From Amoebophrya sp. A120 (lineage: Eukaryota; Protista; Dinoflagellata): a stretch of 64,000 nucleotides of DNA. The stretch covers positions 11,373,804 through 11,437,803 of the forward strand of contig CAJINV010000004.1 of NCBI GenBank assembly GCA_905178155.1, given 5' to 3'. Made by a program: the position numbers and the translations under genes. The notes beneath the pieces were generated by a model, which worked only from the letters and a program-made list of their open reading frames with translations, did not search any database and had not been told where the DNA came from. The stretch's first letter is position 1. Each line of letters opens with the position of its first letter. Below, in pieces: positions 12,739 through 25,014 of the stretch.

Positions 12739-15700
12739 CTACCTACGTACGTGATCATGACCTCGCAGCCGGAGCCCTCTGTCGCACTGTCGCTTAACTT
12801 TTACTGTCCCTACGAAGCACTTGAGCAGACGGAAGAACTCTGTATTGCAGTTGGACCAGCTATTGCCATGCACACTTCTTTTTACAAGCAGACATGCATA
12901 GACGAGTATGGTCGTAGTGTGTGGTTGTACTTTTGTGCGGAATATGACCAGTACGCTATCAACGTGAAAAGTGCCCCTACCCCAGACTTAAAGTTGGTGA
13001 TGCAAGCAATATAAAAACAGCTGCAAGAAGAAAAAGTATCTTTATCAGAATGGCAATGGCAAATCTTCGACCCAGAAGTATAACACGAAGACGAAGCTGT
13101 ATTGCGCAAAACCGAATTATAAGCGACATCCATCGCGTTGAGCTTGTTCTTCACGATAAGCACTTACTCTTGCAAAAGTGGCCAAGATTCTGCAATTGAA
13201 TGCAGCGCATTGATGTCACTTTCATGCATGCAGCAATACAAAAAGTTTTCATGTAAATAAAGGAAAGTATGCAACATACAAAACCTTGGAACTTCTGTGG
13301 GCGGGACAGTTTTCAATACGATAGACGCACTCGTGTTGCAAAAACGGTATTGCTATCCAGTGCAAAACAAAATGTCTGGGTCCGGAAGGACACGTACTTG
13401 TCACACAAACTCATTCTGTATCACGCAGAAATTTGTGTTGCATGAGCGCCAAAACTTTTTCAGTTTTTGCAACGCAAGCAGAAGCACCCAGTTTCTCATG
13501 CTGGACGGGCTTCAAGAGACCTGGACAAAAATTGATGTAGATGTATATGCTTTTGCGTGTACTATTCCAGAGCATCTGTTCTGCGTGATCCGAAGGATGC
13601 ATGATAAATAACTCGAACTCCTGCAATCTTCCAGGCCCAGACATATAAATAAATTTGAAATGCATAAGCGCCGCGGAATCGGTCTCCAATTTGTCCGACA
13701 AGGGAAACCCGTCCTGCTATGCTGCGTAAAAACGTTCCCACTCCAGACTTGTCATGCCAAACAAAATGCAGCACACTTTGCCCCCCCATTGCACCATGGC
13801 CGCAGATGGCTTGACGCATCATGCAAATCTGCAAGCCTCAAATCTTGTTTCCCATACATACTTATTAGCCCCATGTTGAGCAGCATTTCCTAGTATTGCA
13901 GTCTGGCAGTTTGTCATGCTGAAATCAGGATAGGATGATCGAGCTGTGATGCGGTTTCACAGGCTAAACAGCATCACACTACAAGAGCAAGCTTGTTATG
14001 CGCAACACACAACAAAGTGCAAGCGTGTCATGCGCAACATCAACTCTGCGGTGCGAACGTTTTATTTCACTTTTGATACCTGCACCGCTCCACACTCGAC
14101 GGGCTGCCCACTTTCGCCCTTCTTGCAGCAGGCTATCCTCAGGAAAAACGTCCCCGTCCCATAGTCAGCCAGGGAACTCTGCTACACAAGTCCAGAAGCG
14201 CATTTGAGACTTTCCACGCACGACAACGAACTCTGGGCATTCACTGTGCTATACAGTAGAGGTGCCTAGCTGATAAAGCCGCATGGCCGCACCAGATATC
14301 ACCTGTCCTGTGTTGATTAGAGCATGACAAGTGAAGATCATCATGATGTCCACATAGGAACATTCATAAAGTCGCTCTCGTGGCGAGTCGCATTACACAT
14401 GTTCTGGCGGGCATCAGTAGCGGCAGGGGCAGCATGCAGATTTGCATGACGAATATGGGCGGGTGCTGACATCATTTTTACCCCGAATACAGGCTCCGAC
14501 CAGCTTGCTGGGTCCGTCCGGACAGAATCCCGGACAAAGTCCCGGTGAGGCGCATTTTCCAGACCCGAGACAGGACTCGTAGTCGCGCACCCACGTCGGT
14601 ACGGCCACACAGGAGCGGTAGCCGGCAGGTTTACTCTGCCAGTTGTCCAGGTACCAGGCAGTCACAGACTTCTGTACACTCCAGTCCTTCAGGGCCGTGA
14701 TAATCTTACATTCCCGCGGGTCGTCCTCGTGCCACTGGCCGTTTAGCTGACCGTCCGTCGAGATCCAGTGGCAGCACGCGCCTTCAAAGAGCGCAAAATC
14801 CTTTCCCCCGTTCACGCTGCAGGCGTTGCAGTATCCGGACTCGTCGGGCGAGCAGTCCGCAACCCCGCCGCACGCCATGTGCCCGTCAGAAATCTGGTCC
14901 GGATCCGCAGCGACGACTCGAATGCGCAGCCGCTGCCCGAGCGGACTCGGCTTCTTTGCCCGTGACACCGCAACGAAGCTGAGCGTGACGCACTCGTGGT
15001 AGTAGTAGTCTTCTGGCGAGGGCGTAGGCGCCTGCCCGGCGATCGGGAAGGAGCGGGCGCGGGCGCACGACCCCGGCCCGGCGGCGTCCCCCTTCAAGCA
15101 GCAGGCCGTTTCCCAGGCGGGCTCGCCGGCTGACCGGACGTTTGCGCAGCTGCTGCAAACCCCGGCGGCACCGCCACACTTCGGCAGGCACGTGGGTACC
15201 GCGTGGCACGCGGGCGCCGCCGTGTACTTCCCCTGGGTCAGGCCCGTTTCGTAAGCGTTACTGAGGAAGAGAGCCGGGTCCGCGCCCAGGGCCACGTCCT
15301 CGTTCAGCAGGTTGCACTCCGGAGAAAGCTGCTGCCCGCCGCCAACCACGAAGGCTCGGTCCCCGACCGTTCGGCTCGGGTCGTAAGTGCAGCACATCCC
15401 TTTTTTCTCCGCCGGCAGCTCCTCGGCGGCACCGGGCAGGGCCCCCGGGCCGGAAAGGCTGCACTTGTCGCAGAACCCATCGCTGCACGCTGGGCCCCCC
15501 GCGGGGGTTGATGGGTCCGCGCAGTGCAGGGGCACGTAGGGCTTTGTCCAGGGGCAGTCTATCAAATGTAAAAATGTCTGGGTCTGGAAGATTCTGCGAC
15601 TTGTGATGCATGTCTGACATGAGTCGAGAATCTGTGATGCGTGGGCACGAACCGGCTCTCCTATCTGTCATGCAAAAACGCAGTTTCTCATGCGGAATAC

Positions 15701-18700
15701 GCAACACGTAGCCGCTCAAGAATTTGTCATGCTTGGCTGCGTATTGCAGTCCGGGCATCATCCACTTTTAGCATTACAAGTTTCCAGACCCAGACATTTT
15801 TGCATTTGATACAGTCTGCCTCCGAGCAAGTGATGTCCACTCCAGCGTCGGTACCAGAGGAGCTGTATCCTGCAAAAAAAACACAGCACACCCACAGTAA
15901 CAGAAAGACAATTGAACTCGTGTTGCGCGTTCCGGTGTCTCGACGTTGATATCTATAAGCGTAGTTGAGATGCTTGTGGTACAACCAACTATTTTTTTCA
16001 TGTGATGCATCTCTTCTCTTCGTCGTCGCTAGAGCAAATTCCAAACTGCATCTTCCTGCATGGCCACCTCCAAATAATGCATCTTTTTTGGTTTCCGCAT
16101 TCATTGGAGTGAGCATTTTGAGGGACGCAAATTTAGCATGCAAGACCTTTAGCATTTTTTTACTTTCTGGTATAGGACGCAAATTCATTTTTTTACTTTC
16201 TGGTATAGATGTCCCGGTGAGAATGACAAGACCCTTCATCTACAACACACAGAAATAAGCAACAACATTCATTTTTGTCTAGTATCAAGGTGCACTTTAT
16301 TAATTTCAGTAGGATAATGTGATCGCGTCCGGAATCTCAACGTCGCATCCGCTGGACAGTTCCAAGTGGCCACCGGCGGAGGAACAGGAGAATTTTGGCT
16401 GTCCCCCGTCCGCGCTCTCGAATTTATCGGGCTTGCAGTTCACGTTGTCCAGCACCACAGCAGCTGCGCCCGGTTTAAGCTTCATGTCGATCAGATGGTC
16501 CTTCCATCCGCCCCAGGTGCCGCTCTGGTCTAGCCTCGCCAGGGCCGCCGCGTTTGGAACTTTGCAGCCTTCCCAGCAGCAACCCGCTTTGCACTCGTCT
16601 TTGGGGTAGGAACCATCGATGATATCCTGATTGGTACCGGACAAATTAGGGCAACGACGGTTAACATTGGTAGACGCGATGAAGTAAACCCCCGAGCCAT
16701 TCGGTTGCGGGCAATCCTGATTGGCCGCATCCCCACACTTCGGCCAGCAGGCGGCTTCATCCGAGTCGGGAAAGTTATCACGCTTTATCCAGGGATAATT
16801 GCAGGATGCGCACTTGTACGCTCCATGTCGGTTGCACGTCGTAGACACCGTCCCGTGCGGGCACAGGCACTCCTGCTTGTCGCATCCGCTCGTCAGGGTG
16901 AGAGCCTGGCCCGCTACCTTGCACTGGAACCTGGGTGCGTTCCCCCCCCATTTGCCGTCGCAGCCGACCTATCCAACAAAAAAACCGTCGCACCAGTCGC
17001 AAAGTACCTTCTGGGCACTCAGGAACATCACAAAATTGGGAACGAGGATATCAGAAGTCTCTGATGCCTGGCTGACAAGAGACTCCTGGATAAAAATCCG
17101 CCCTTTGCTCGCTTCTTACGGTGTGCGAGTAACTGTCTAAAGTATGCAGCTAATGAATCCTGAGAGTAAATCCTTTGCGAAAGTTCGAGAGAACTAACAC
17201 ACTACTACGAAAATAAAAAACCTTCAATAATCAAAGAAGAAGAAGTGGAGACTGAGTCATAGACAGTTTTTTTTGTTGTGATACAACGCCGAAAATGCCC
17301 AAGGGGCCATGTTCGCCCGGTTCAAATTTCTCTTTTCGCAGCTCGTTTGCCATCCAACAGAAAAGCAGAGCCGTAGTACCAGAAATAAAGAAATGTTGCT
17401 CTGTTCCTGTCCCAAAACAAAGCCCTGTAACCGCAAGGAGAACTACTGCCTGTCGTGCAGAATGCACTTTATACAACTTTGTTTGTCGGCTAGAGGGGTA
17501 CCAAAAAAATTTGCAATGCTGAACAGCTGCCAACAAGGCCTTTTTTTTAACTTTCAGCAAAACAGCATAAGCAGGCAAATTTATATTTCTTTCTTTTTTT
17601 CTTTTGCAAATTCGAAGTGGATGGGCATGCTTTTCTGTAGAGTATCTGCCCATCCCGTCCAGGTTGCGGCTCGGTTTAATTTCGCAAGAGCTGCCGTGTC
17701 CGGCACTTTGCACCCCTGCCGACAGCAAGCTGTGGCACACCCGAATTTAATGCCAAAATAGCCAGTGCCTGCAAAAAAATCGGCGCTTGTTGAAGATTCC
17801 AGAATGTGACGGGAGAAAACGCTCCCCACGGAATGATCATCGCAGCGCACGTCCGGGTCCGAGGGGATCCGGTACACTCCCCCTATTTATTCTCTGCAAA
17901 AGTCCTATCGGACTGGCACACATCAAAATTGCGGCACAGCAGTAGCAATCTGCTTTCTTATTCTTTTTCCTTCTCTCAGCATAACAAGTTCGTCTGCAAA
18001 AATGCTTGCCGCGCTTATACTAGTGCGATAGTGCTTTTGCAATGCATACGGATTCCGTACTGGCGCAGTTCTGCTGCGCCTCGGACCCACAGGCAGGATA
18101 GCAACCCGTGTTCTGATCTCGTCCGGCGTTAAATATCCTACAGAAAATGAAAAGCACACCACATTGCAGAATAAATAAGTATAAATTGAAGTTAGTTTTT
18201 TATCTAAACAAAAAAACGGCTTTTGTCTGTTCAGCATCTATCACAAATCTTCGTGCTACCTCAACCTGTACTCTGGTTCCACGACTTTTCTGCATAGTTG
18301 TAGTCTCAGTTATACATGCAAAGTTTTCATCGCCCGTCATCTTCCGGACCAGAAACAGAATCACAAAGATTCTTGCGCCATAAAAACAGCGATGCAGATG
18401 CACATCTACTTTTTTTTCTGGTATGATTGTACTTTTCCTTTTCTGCTGAATATCAAACTGGGGCTGGCCGTCACCAAGGAACGACGTCGAGGGCCACCCG
18501 ACGCGCTTCACCATGTGCTGCGTCTGGCCGTCCGAAGCCACCACGCCCGTATGGCAAGAAAAAACTGCTTCACTGTGAACTTGTGATGCAGAGAATGCCA
18601 CACACTAGAGGTGTTTTTCTTGCTAGAAAGGGATCAGCTTTAGCCGTGTCTTCCCCAGGAGAGCACGCATGGCGAATTTTCTTTGTCATATGCAGCGAAA

Positions 18701-21700
18701 CTTGTAATGCAGATCTACGATCAAAATCGTCGCACTAAAACAGTTTTTTCGTGGGATAGTCTGAACAGGAGGCGCAGTGTTGCGCTTGGTGGAAGGGACA
18801 CTATCGAATGCAAAAATGTCTGGTGTTCTGGAGACAAGACCTCGATACAGCACAGAGAAAAGAACGACTTATATCAGCATCATATTTATTGCGCGTGGCC
18901 TTGTTGCTGGTTCTTCATCGTCTTATTTATATTTACCTCATGAGTGGACGGGCACAAAATGTAAAATGACAATGCCAATAAATATGGCTTGGTCAGAAAG
19001 GTTCCAACGGCTGCAGTACAGGCTTCGCATACGCATGCCCCAGAAGTTTGGAATGCGAGCTGTAATCACAAGTTTTGAGAAGGCCCCGCGCCCCTGCATA
19101 CCCTGCATGAGCAATGCCACCATCTATTTTCAGGCGCCAAAAAGTCACTGTAATTTTCTGCTTGCGCAATACAGAATTTTGATTTTGATTTCGTATCAAC
19201 CAGACCTAGCATGAAGGCATCAATAAACTCGGTCTGTCTTTGTTCTTCCCGCCCAGACCCAGACATATAATTTGGAGATGCAGTCCATAGACACAGACCA
19301 GTTGCCAATGTGCCCCACTTGCAGGTACACTCGACCTCCTGGTCGCACCCGCGCAGGGAAAGCGCCCCGCCGACGTTCTCGCATCGGAATTTCGGGACGA
19401 CCGGCGTGCCAAACCACAGACCTTCCCTGCAGCGGACACCGGAAATCGGCTTCCACGTTGTCTGCGGTGCTCGAAACTCGGCGGTGCTCAACTTGGTGGA
19501 CCACGTACTAGCATCATGTGTAAAAACGTACCCAACCCAGATTTCTTGTTCTGCAGATTCGCACTTGCCGGGACACTTCCGATGCGCCTCCGCACGATGA
19601 GAAGCTTTCTCTGGTCCTTGTGCTAGAGAATCAATTTGTAGCGCTGTAACCGGGAAGATGAAGGGACATAAGCACATAGCTTAGCGATGCGGCCGCTGCG
19701 CTAGCTGTGGTCCAGTTGGACCGAACAAAGACCTTGGCATGCCTAACTCCCAAAACCTGTGGATTTGTCCTGTCGAAGTCACATCTTGGGTGAGGACTGC
19801 GGGGCGGGTAGTACGTTTTATTCAGAAATGATAACTAGCCATGCCCGAGGCATCAATCCTGCTCAAAGCCGTACCCGACGGCTTGGTGCACGGACCGCGG
19901 ATCTTCGCGCTTACAGGATATGTATTGCAAAAATGTCTGGGTCTGGACTGATGCTAGTTTTGGAATCCAAAAAAATCTGTATTGCATGAGCAGCAAGAGG
20001 CGTCCAGTTTTTGCTCCGCGGAGAGGGGATTTCTCATGCAGGATAGGCATCAAGATGCCGGCAAAAAATTTGTGATGCTGGGGCATACATCACAAACATC
20101 ACGGGCCATGCAAAATGTGGATGACAAACCTTGCAATCTTCCAGACCCAGACCCTTTTACATTTGATACAGGATCGGTCTTCACAATGTCGCCGGGCGTG
20201 ATGTACTCTCCGACGATGGTCGTGCGAGCTTTCTGATTAGGATTCGGACCCTGTTGAGGCAACTGCCCAGGCGTGCCGGTTGCGAGGGTGTTGCCGCACC
20301 TATACTGCCAGCTCGCGAGATTCCACCCGTAGCCGTTGCAACAGGCGCTCTGCCTGCATTCGTCGGTGTATCCGACAGAAAAAAGCAGGCGGGGTAGTGC
20401 AAAAATAAATACGCAGAAAAATCTGCTATGTGCGGCTCCATAGCATGCTGCTTAGGATATCCAACGCAGACTTTTTGTGTGTGTTTATTTTTGCATTACA
20501 AACACGACCTGCCAGCTTTTTTCTGTGTGATACGTTGTACGAGGAACCGGTTATAAGATTGTACTTGTCCGATGCAATGCCTCTGCCACCGTTTTGGTGC
20601 GCTTTCGCGTACGTCGACAGGTCCATCTTGATTCCCACACCCCAACCGTTTCCATAGGTCTTTAGCTGGCACGGCCGGGGCTTGCACGTCATGGCGATGA
20701 TCACCTCCGCGTTGTTGCCCGTCTTCGTCACGGTATCAAAAAGAAAAATCCCCCCTCCCCATATCGCAACGGTATGACTCCGAAAATTTGCGCTGCTGAT
20801 TTGAGACCACGCATCACGTCTGTCATGCAAGAAGACAAGCGCAGAGGCTTCCGCGCCATTATGGAGGCGGCTTGGCATGCTGTTGGGCCTAGGGGACGGC
20901 CGCTTGTAATGCTAAAGAACGTGACCCAAACGCCCCTACCTAGGCTGAGGATCTGGCTGCAGTGCCTTACTGCAAGACAGCGCGCATCTGTGTACGGAAA
21001 TCCAGCATCAGAAACTTCGTCTCGATATGGGGAGGGAAGATTTTTCCTTACGATACACGGCCGCCTCCAACCTGTTCTTGATCCCGCTCCACTTCGATCC
21101 GCCGCCCTCATCCACGCGATCCCAGGCCGAGGGAGCCAACTGCGTCAGCCAGTCATCGGGCAGCGGGATGGTGGTGGGACCGAGTTTTCCCCAATTTTCA
21201 TCCGCGTAAATCTTCTCCTGCCGGGTTAGCATGCCGTTCCGAACAATTGTCAACACGGCGTGACACCCTCCGCCCGTTCTTGTTGTTCTTGAGCACTCGT
21301 TGAACAACATCTCGGTCCACTCCTTGACGCAATTAACGTGCTGGTCCGCACTCACGCCTGCACCTTCCTCATCGGGGCAGTGCGTCCAATCATACAGCCA
21401 CGGACGAGCGACACTGTTTGGTGACCGCTTGTCGTGCCATGCGGACCCCACTCCGGTTTTCCGATTGAAGACGCGAATCACGTTGAAGGGGCGGCAGTCC
21501 TCACAGTACCAACCGACGGCAGTATTCGGCTTCGTTTCCTCACTTCGGCCGATGTCTAACGGCAACGCGTGCGCGGACCTCTGTACGACGTCGCTTGGAG
21601 TGATGTATTGGCTAGGGTTATCTATAGAGTTCTCGAACGTTAATAGCAAGAGTGAAAGGGGGAAGATTGCTCTTCTTGCAATACAGGTTTGGCACAGATC

Positions 21701-24700
21701 TAGATGCTGTGTAGCCCTTCGGAAATTTGTCATGCGAGGTAGCTTGATGGTGTAGATCTAGAAAGATGCTGGTGATGAGAGTTTTGCATGACAAATCATG
21801 TTGTAACAGTTGAGAATATAACGGTTGAGAACGCCATATTATCGACGCGAGCTTTTTGGTCGGGGTTGTTAGGAGCGCCAGGCCATTGCCCCGGATCTTC
21901 ATCCCAGGTGGTCTTGTCGCACGCATAATTGTACTCGGTATCACCTCCACCCCAGCTCCTCCTGCGTCTGCTCCGGCGCCTATTCGCATAATCCCCGTCG
22001 TTGCTGCGTCCCCAGGAATACCCATTGCAGCAGGCGCTGCTTCTGCACTCGTTGTTGTAATCATCGTCATAATACGTAGTCGCCGAGCCCCGCCGCCGCA
22101 CCCCCACCCCCCAGCCTCTGCCTCTGCTCATCAACTGGCACGGCCTGGGTTTGCACGTCATCGCGATGATGTCCTCGCCATTGGTTCTCGCCTGCTCCAA
22201 GCGTGGCTTGATATGCATTGCAACTCTTGGTCTGGAAACTTGTAATGCTAAAAGTGAATGAGAGTTCCACTGCGATACGGAGCCAAGCATGACAAATTTT
22301 TGGGCTCCTACGTGTTGCGTGTTCCGCATGGCAAACTGCGTTTCTGCATGACAGGTAAGAGGACCGCTTCGTGCCCATGCATCACAGATTCTTGACTTGT
22401 GCCATGTCAGACATGCATGACAAATGTAGCGATCTTCCAGACCCAGACATATTTGCATTTGATACTTGATAACGGCGTTCCACAGCGGTGCCATGCCGGC
22501 GTCGGTGCGGTCCCAGGCGGACGGGGCCAGCTGCGTCAGCCAGTCGCTGTATCCAGGAAAAAAACGTTGTTAGTGTAAATTTGTGATGCGCAACATTCAA
22601 GCTGGTTGCGTCTGTCATGCTTGGCATGCATCGTAGGGTTCATTAAAGGGCGTTTTCAAGTAGTATCTGCGCATGACAGGTTTTTGCTGTCATGCGCGAG
22701 ATATTTGTCATGCTAATCCTCCAAGAAAGTTACACCTACAATGTTTTTGTCTTGGATACGCTGGGCAGCGGGCTCAGTGTGTGGGGGCCCACCTTGTCAC
22801 ATCAAAAGGAAACATCCCCCCTCCTCATAACAAAACGGACATCTGGGACGCGGGACTTGTGTACACTTGCAGTAGAGAACTGCGCACAGATCGCAAGCCT
22901 AGGCGGGGGCCTTTTGGTGTGTAGGCGCCTAGCATGGCACCAGACTTCTGCCCTGTAGGTGTACTAGGTAGGAGTCCTTACAGCATTACAAATCGCCCGC
23001 ATAACGTGGCGGACAGCCCGCGCTTGCCTTCTTGCAAGACAGACAGGATTAGGATTTGTGGTAGCAAATCTGCATCACAAATTTTCAGGAGGATGCGTTT
23101 TCCGTATGGGGAGGGAGATTTTTCCTTGCAATATGTCACCCCAATCCTGGCCCTTCCAAATCCGTTCCGTCCGTTGCAGAGACTTTATGAGAGTGCACAA
23201 CGAACCCCTCCTCCCTCATTTGTCATGCATACCCGACTGCACCACATCAAAAACCTTTGCCCCTTCGCCGCAAGCAGCTTCGGACGCAGGAGATCTAGGG
23301 TAATGCCAAATCCAAGTGCTGCTGCGTGGTACTGTTTGCATGACAGATTCCGGAACAAGCCCAAACAGTTGTACTACACTAGGTGCATGAACTTGTCATG
23401 CGCAGGCTCCACAGGTGGGGGTGTCTGTTCTTATTCATTGCTGTTCATGCAATACAATATACAAATGAGGGGGAGGGGGAGTTGTGCACACTCATAGAGT
23501 TCTGTCCGCCACGTATCACGGTAAGCACGGAGTGACATCCCTGCGGGTTAGACGCGCATTCTGCCCACAGCTTTTCCGTCCGTTCCCTGGCACAGTCGAA
23601 GTGTCGGTCACTTTGCGGATTGTCCTTGTTCGCGTTGTAGGTATTCGGGCAGTCCTCCTCCCCCCATCCCCAAGACGCAACGCCCAACCGGGTGCCTTCG
23701 TCTAACCGAATGCCGTGCTCGTTGTTCGGCGACCGTTGGTCGTGCCACCCGACGCCGTGCCCGGTGTCCGGATTCAACACCCGAATCACGTTGAAATGCC
23801 GGCAACTCTCACAGTACCAGCCGACGGCACACCTATCCTGAGTAAAAATGTCCCCACACCAGAGTCAAGATGGGAAATCCGCTAGACAAATCCACAAGCT
23901 TTGGCTGTTTCGCATGACAAATTTGGACGCGTAGTGTAGTACTGTTTGAGCTAGCTAAGCAGCATTACAGATCTAGTATCTCATGCTGATTGGCGCATTA
24001 CAGATTTCCAAACCACATATAGAAAATGCTTCTCATGGGGCTCCGCATGAGAAACATTTTAAGCATGCAGAGTAGCATGACAACTATGGTGTGGGTACGT
24101 TTTTACACAGGATAACACCGAGGCGAGGTTCTTTCCGTGCGGCCGATGTCATTGGCGCAGCTTTCCGCGGGAGACTGTGGGGCATCACCTTTCATTTCCA
24201 TCAGAGCTGACTCTTGCGAATCTGCATCCTGTTCTGCGTCACCATCGTAAGTGTCGTCAAGGTCGTCTTCATCTTCCGCATCCCCACGTGCATCATCGAA
24301 GCCGTGACCTGCATCATCCTCGTCGTCGCTACTTGTTGTACTTTCCTGCTGCCGCGCAACATCCGCGCTGAGCTCCCGCTGCTCCAGAAATAAAGCGCCG
24401 CCGGGTGGAACAAGTAGGTCATCTTTTTCTTCACGTGATAAACCTGCACGACCTGCTTCCTTCTCGCCGAGTTCTCCTTCGCCATCATCTTCGTCTTCAC
24501 TATCTTCGTCTTCACTTGTCTCCTCCGCCTTCTGTCTCCGTTTTTCCTCTGCCTGCCGTTGCAAGAAAGCAGATGCGGATGCCATTCCGTCCATAACTGT
24601 ACTGCGATCTTCCTCTCGTCCCCGCAGCTTGCTCCCTGCTCTCCTTCCGAGACGATCCTGCTGCAAAAACGGGATTTTGTAGTTTTCCTCCGTCGGAGGT

Positions 24701-25014
24701 GCCGCCGTGGCCTTCTTCTCCACCGTGGCCAGATTGACCACGCGGTCCGTAGGAACAGCTCTATCCCTTGTCAGGAAGGGCTTTTTTTTCTCGTCCGTCG
24801 AAACCGGTGCAGCGACGTGGTCAACATCTTGCTCCTGCTCTTCGATCTCCGAAGCAGAGCCGACAGAGAAAGCAGACACTCCCAGCAGTGGAGGACGTAG
24901 TGTGCGGTCTTGGTCAGAAAAATCTACTTCGTGCACGCGAAATGAAAAGCGCACGAGCAACAGACGAAGCGGGAGCACGGCAAGACCTTCGAGCAAGCAC
25001 CACTTCTTGGACAT
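12739..25014 (-). CDS. Large secreted Cys/Trp-rich multidomain protein split by about 22 TIR-bounded introns
   Basis: Signal-like MSKKWCLLEGLAVLPLRLLLV, an acidic region, two copies of an AVGWYCE..DWLTQLAPSAWDR..IIAMTCKPRPCQL domain, then CC-rich repeats. Consecutive exons join in frame (SPRC|AVGW, EADC|PWTK, VGAC|CKKG). The 3' end is approximate. Confidence 0.75.
12957..13323. mobile_element. TIR introner
   Basis: TIR TATCAACGTGAAAAGTG / TATCGTATTGAAAACTG; DR TACGC/GACGC. Confidence 0.6.
13354..13666. mobile_element. Degenerate family A introner
   Basis: A-type TIR cores; DR ATTGC/AGCGC. Confidence 0.65.
13718..14078. mobile_element. Family C-like introner that is also a GT-AG intron
   Basis: Perfect DR CCTGC; coding strand reads GCAG|GTATC...ATAGCAG|G; restores AVQDGF. 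Confidence 0.8.
14134..14489. mobile_element. Family C introner
   Basis: Perfect DR CAGGC; restores VGACCKKG. Confidence 0.8.
15560..15811. mobile_element. Family A introner
   Basis: TIR TATCAAATGYAAAAATGTCTGGGTCTGGAA; perfect DR CAGTC; restores SEADCPW. Confidence 0.92.
15866..16316. mobile_element. Family G-like introner
   Basis: TATCCT ends; DR AGCTG/ATGTG; in-frame join DAITSSGT. Confidence 0.6.
16970..17283. mobile_element. TIR introner
   Basis: TIR TATC..CAACAAAAAAA; DR CGACC/CAACG; restores IFGVGCDG. Confidence 0.65.
17351..17602. mobile_element. Degenerate introner
   Basis: DR TTTGC; restores HFEFANELRK; one TIR is decayed. Confidence 0.5.
18134..18452. mobile_element. Family G introner (TATCCTRCAGAAAATGAAAAGCACA)
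   Basis: About 25-bp TIR; DR TTAAA/TCAAA; same left end as 28418. Confidence 0.75.
18550..18758. mobile_element. TIR introner
   Basis: TIR TAT....GAAAAAACTG; DR GCCCG/GTCTG; in-frame join. Confidence 0.6.
18802..19289. mobile_element. Family A introner (expanded)
   Basis: Perfect DR GACAC; restores ATGLCPFH. Confidence 0.8.
19512..19833. mobile_element. Family C introner
   Basis: Perfect DR ACTAG; restores GMASTWS. Confidence 0.8.
19919..20168. mobile_element. Family A introner
   Basis: Perfect DR CAGGA; restores KTDPVSAK. Confidence 0.88.
20369..20532. mobile_element. Family F introner (TATC..ACAGAAAAAAGCWGGC)
   Basis: 22-bp TIR; DR CGGTG/CGTTG; restores SYNDECRQSACC. Confidence 0.8.
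20734..21055. mobile_element. Family B introner
   Basis: Perfect DR CACGG; restores LEAAVTKTG. Confidence 0.88.
22212..22464. mobile_element. Family A introner
   Basis: Perfect DR CTTGA; restores AVIKPRLE. Confidence 0.88.
22550..22758. mobile_element. TIR introner (TATCCARGAMAAAAACRTTGT)
   Basis: Perfect DR CGCTG; restores PLPSDWLTQ. Confidence 0.85.
22800..23133. mobile_element. Family B introner
   Basis: Perfect DR TGTCA; restores DWGDKVGP. Confidence 0.85.
23186..23496. mobile_element. Family D introner (TATGAGWGTGCACAAC..CCCTCATTTGT)
   Basis: About 36-bp TIR; DR GACTT/GAGTT; same family as 52589. Confidence 0.85.
23834..24114. mobile_element. Family C introner
   Basis: TIR TATCCTGWGTAAAAAYGTMCCCACACC; perfect DR ACACC; restores SPRCAVGWYC. 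Confidence 0.9.

Noticed and set aside
15560-15811. Peptides SNAKMSGSGR, KCKNVWVWK, LPDPDIF and FQTQTFLHLI recurring in many short ORFs, read as a protein domain
   Set aside because: They are translations of the family A TIR in different frames.
21619-21820. Clean introner with DR AGGGT/ACGGT
   Set aside because: An interruption exists, but this DR choice gives an out-of-frame join, so the boundaries are unresolved and it is not listed as a feature.
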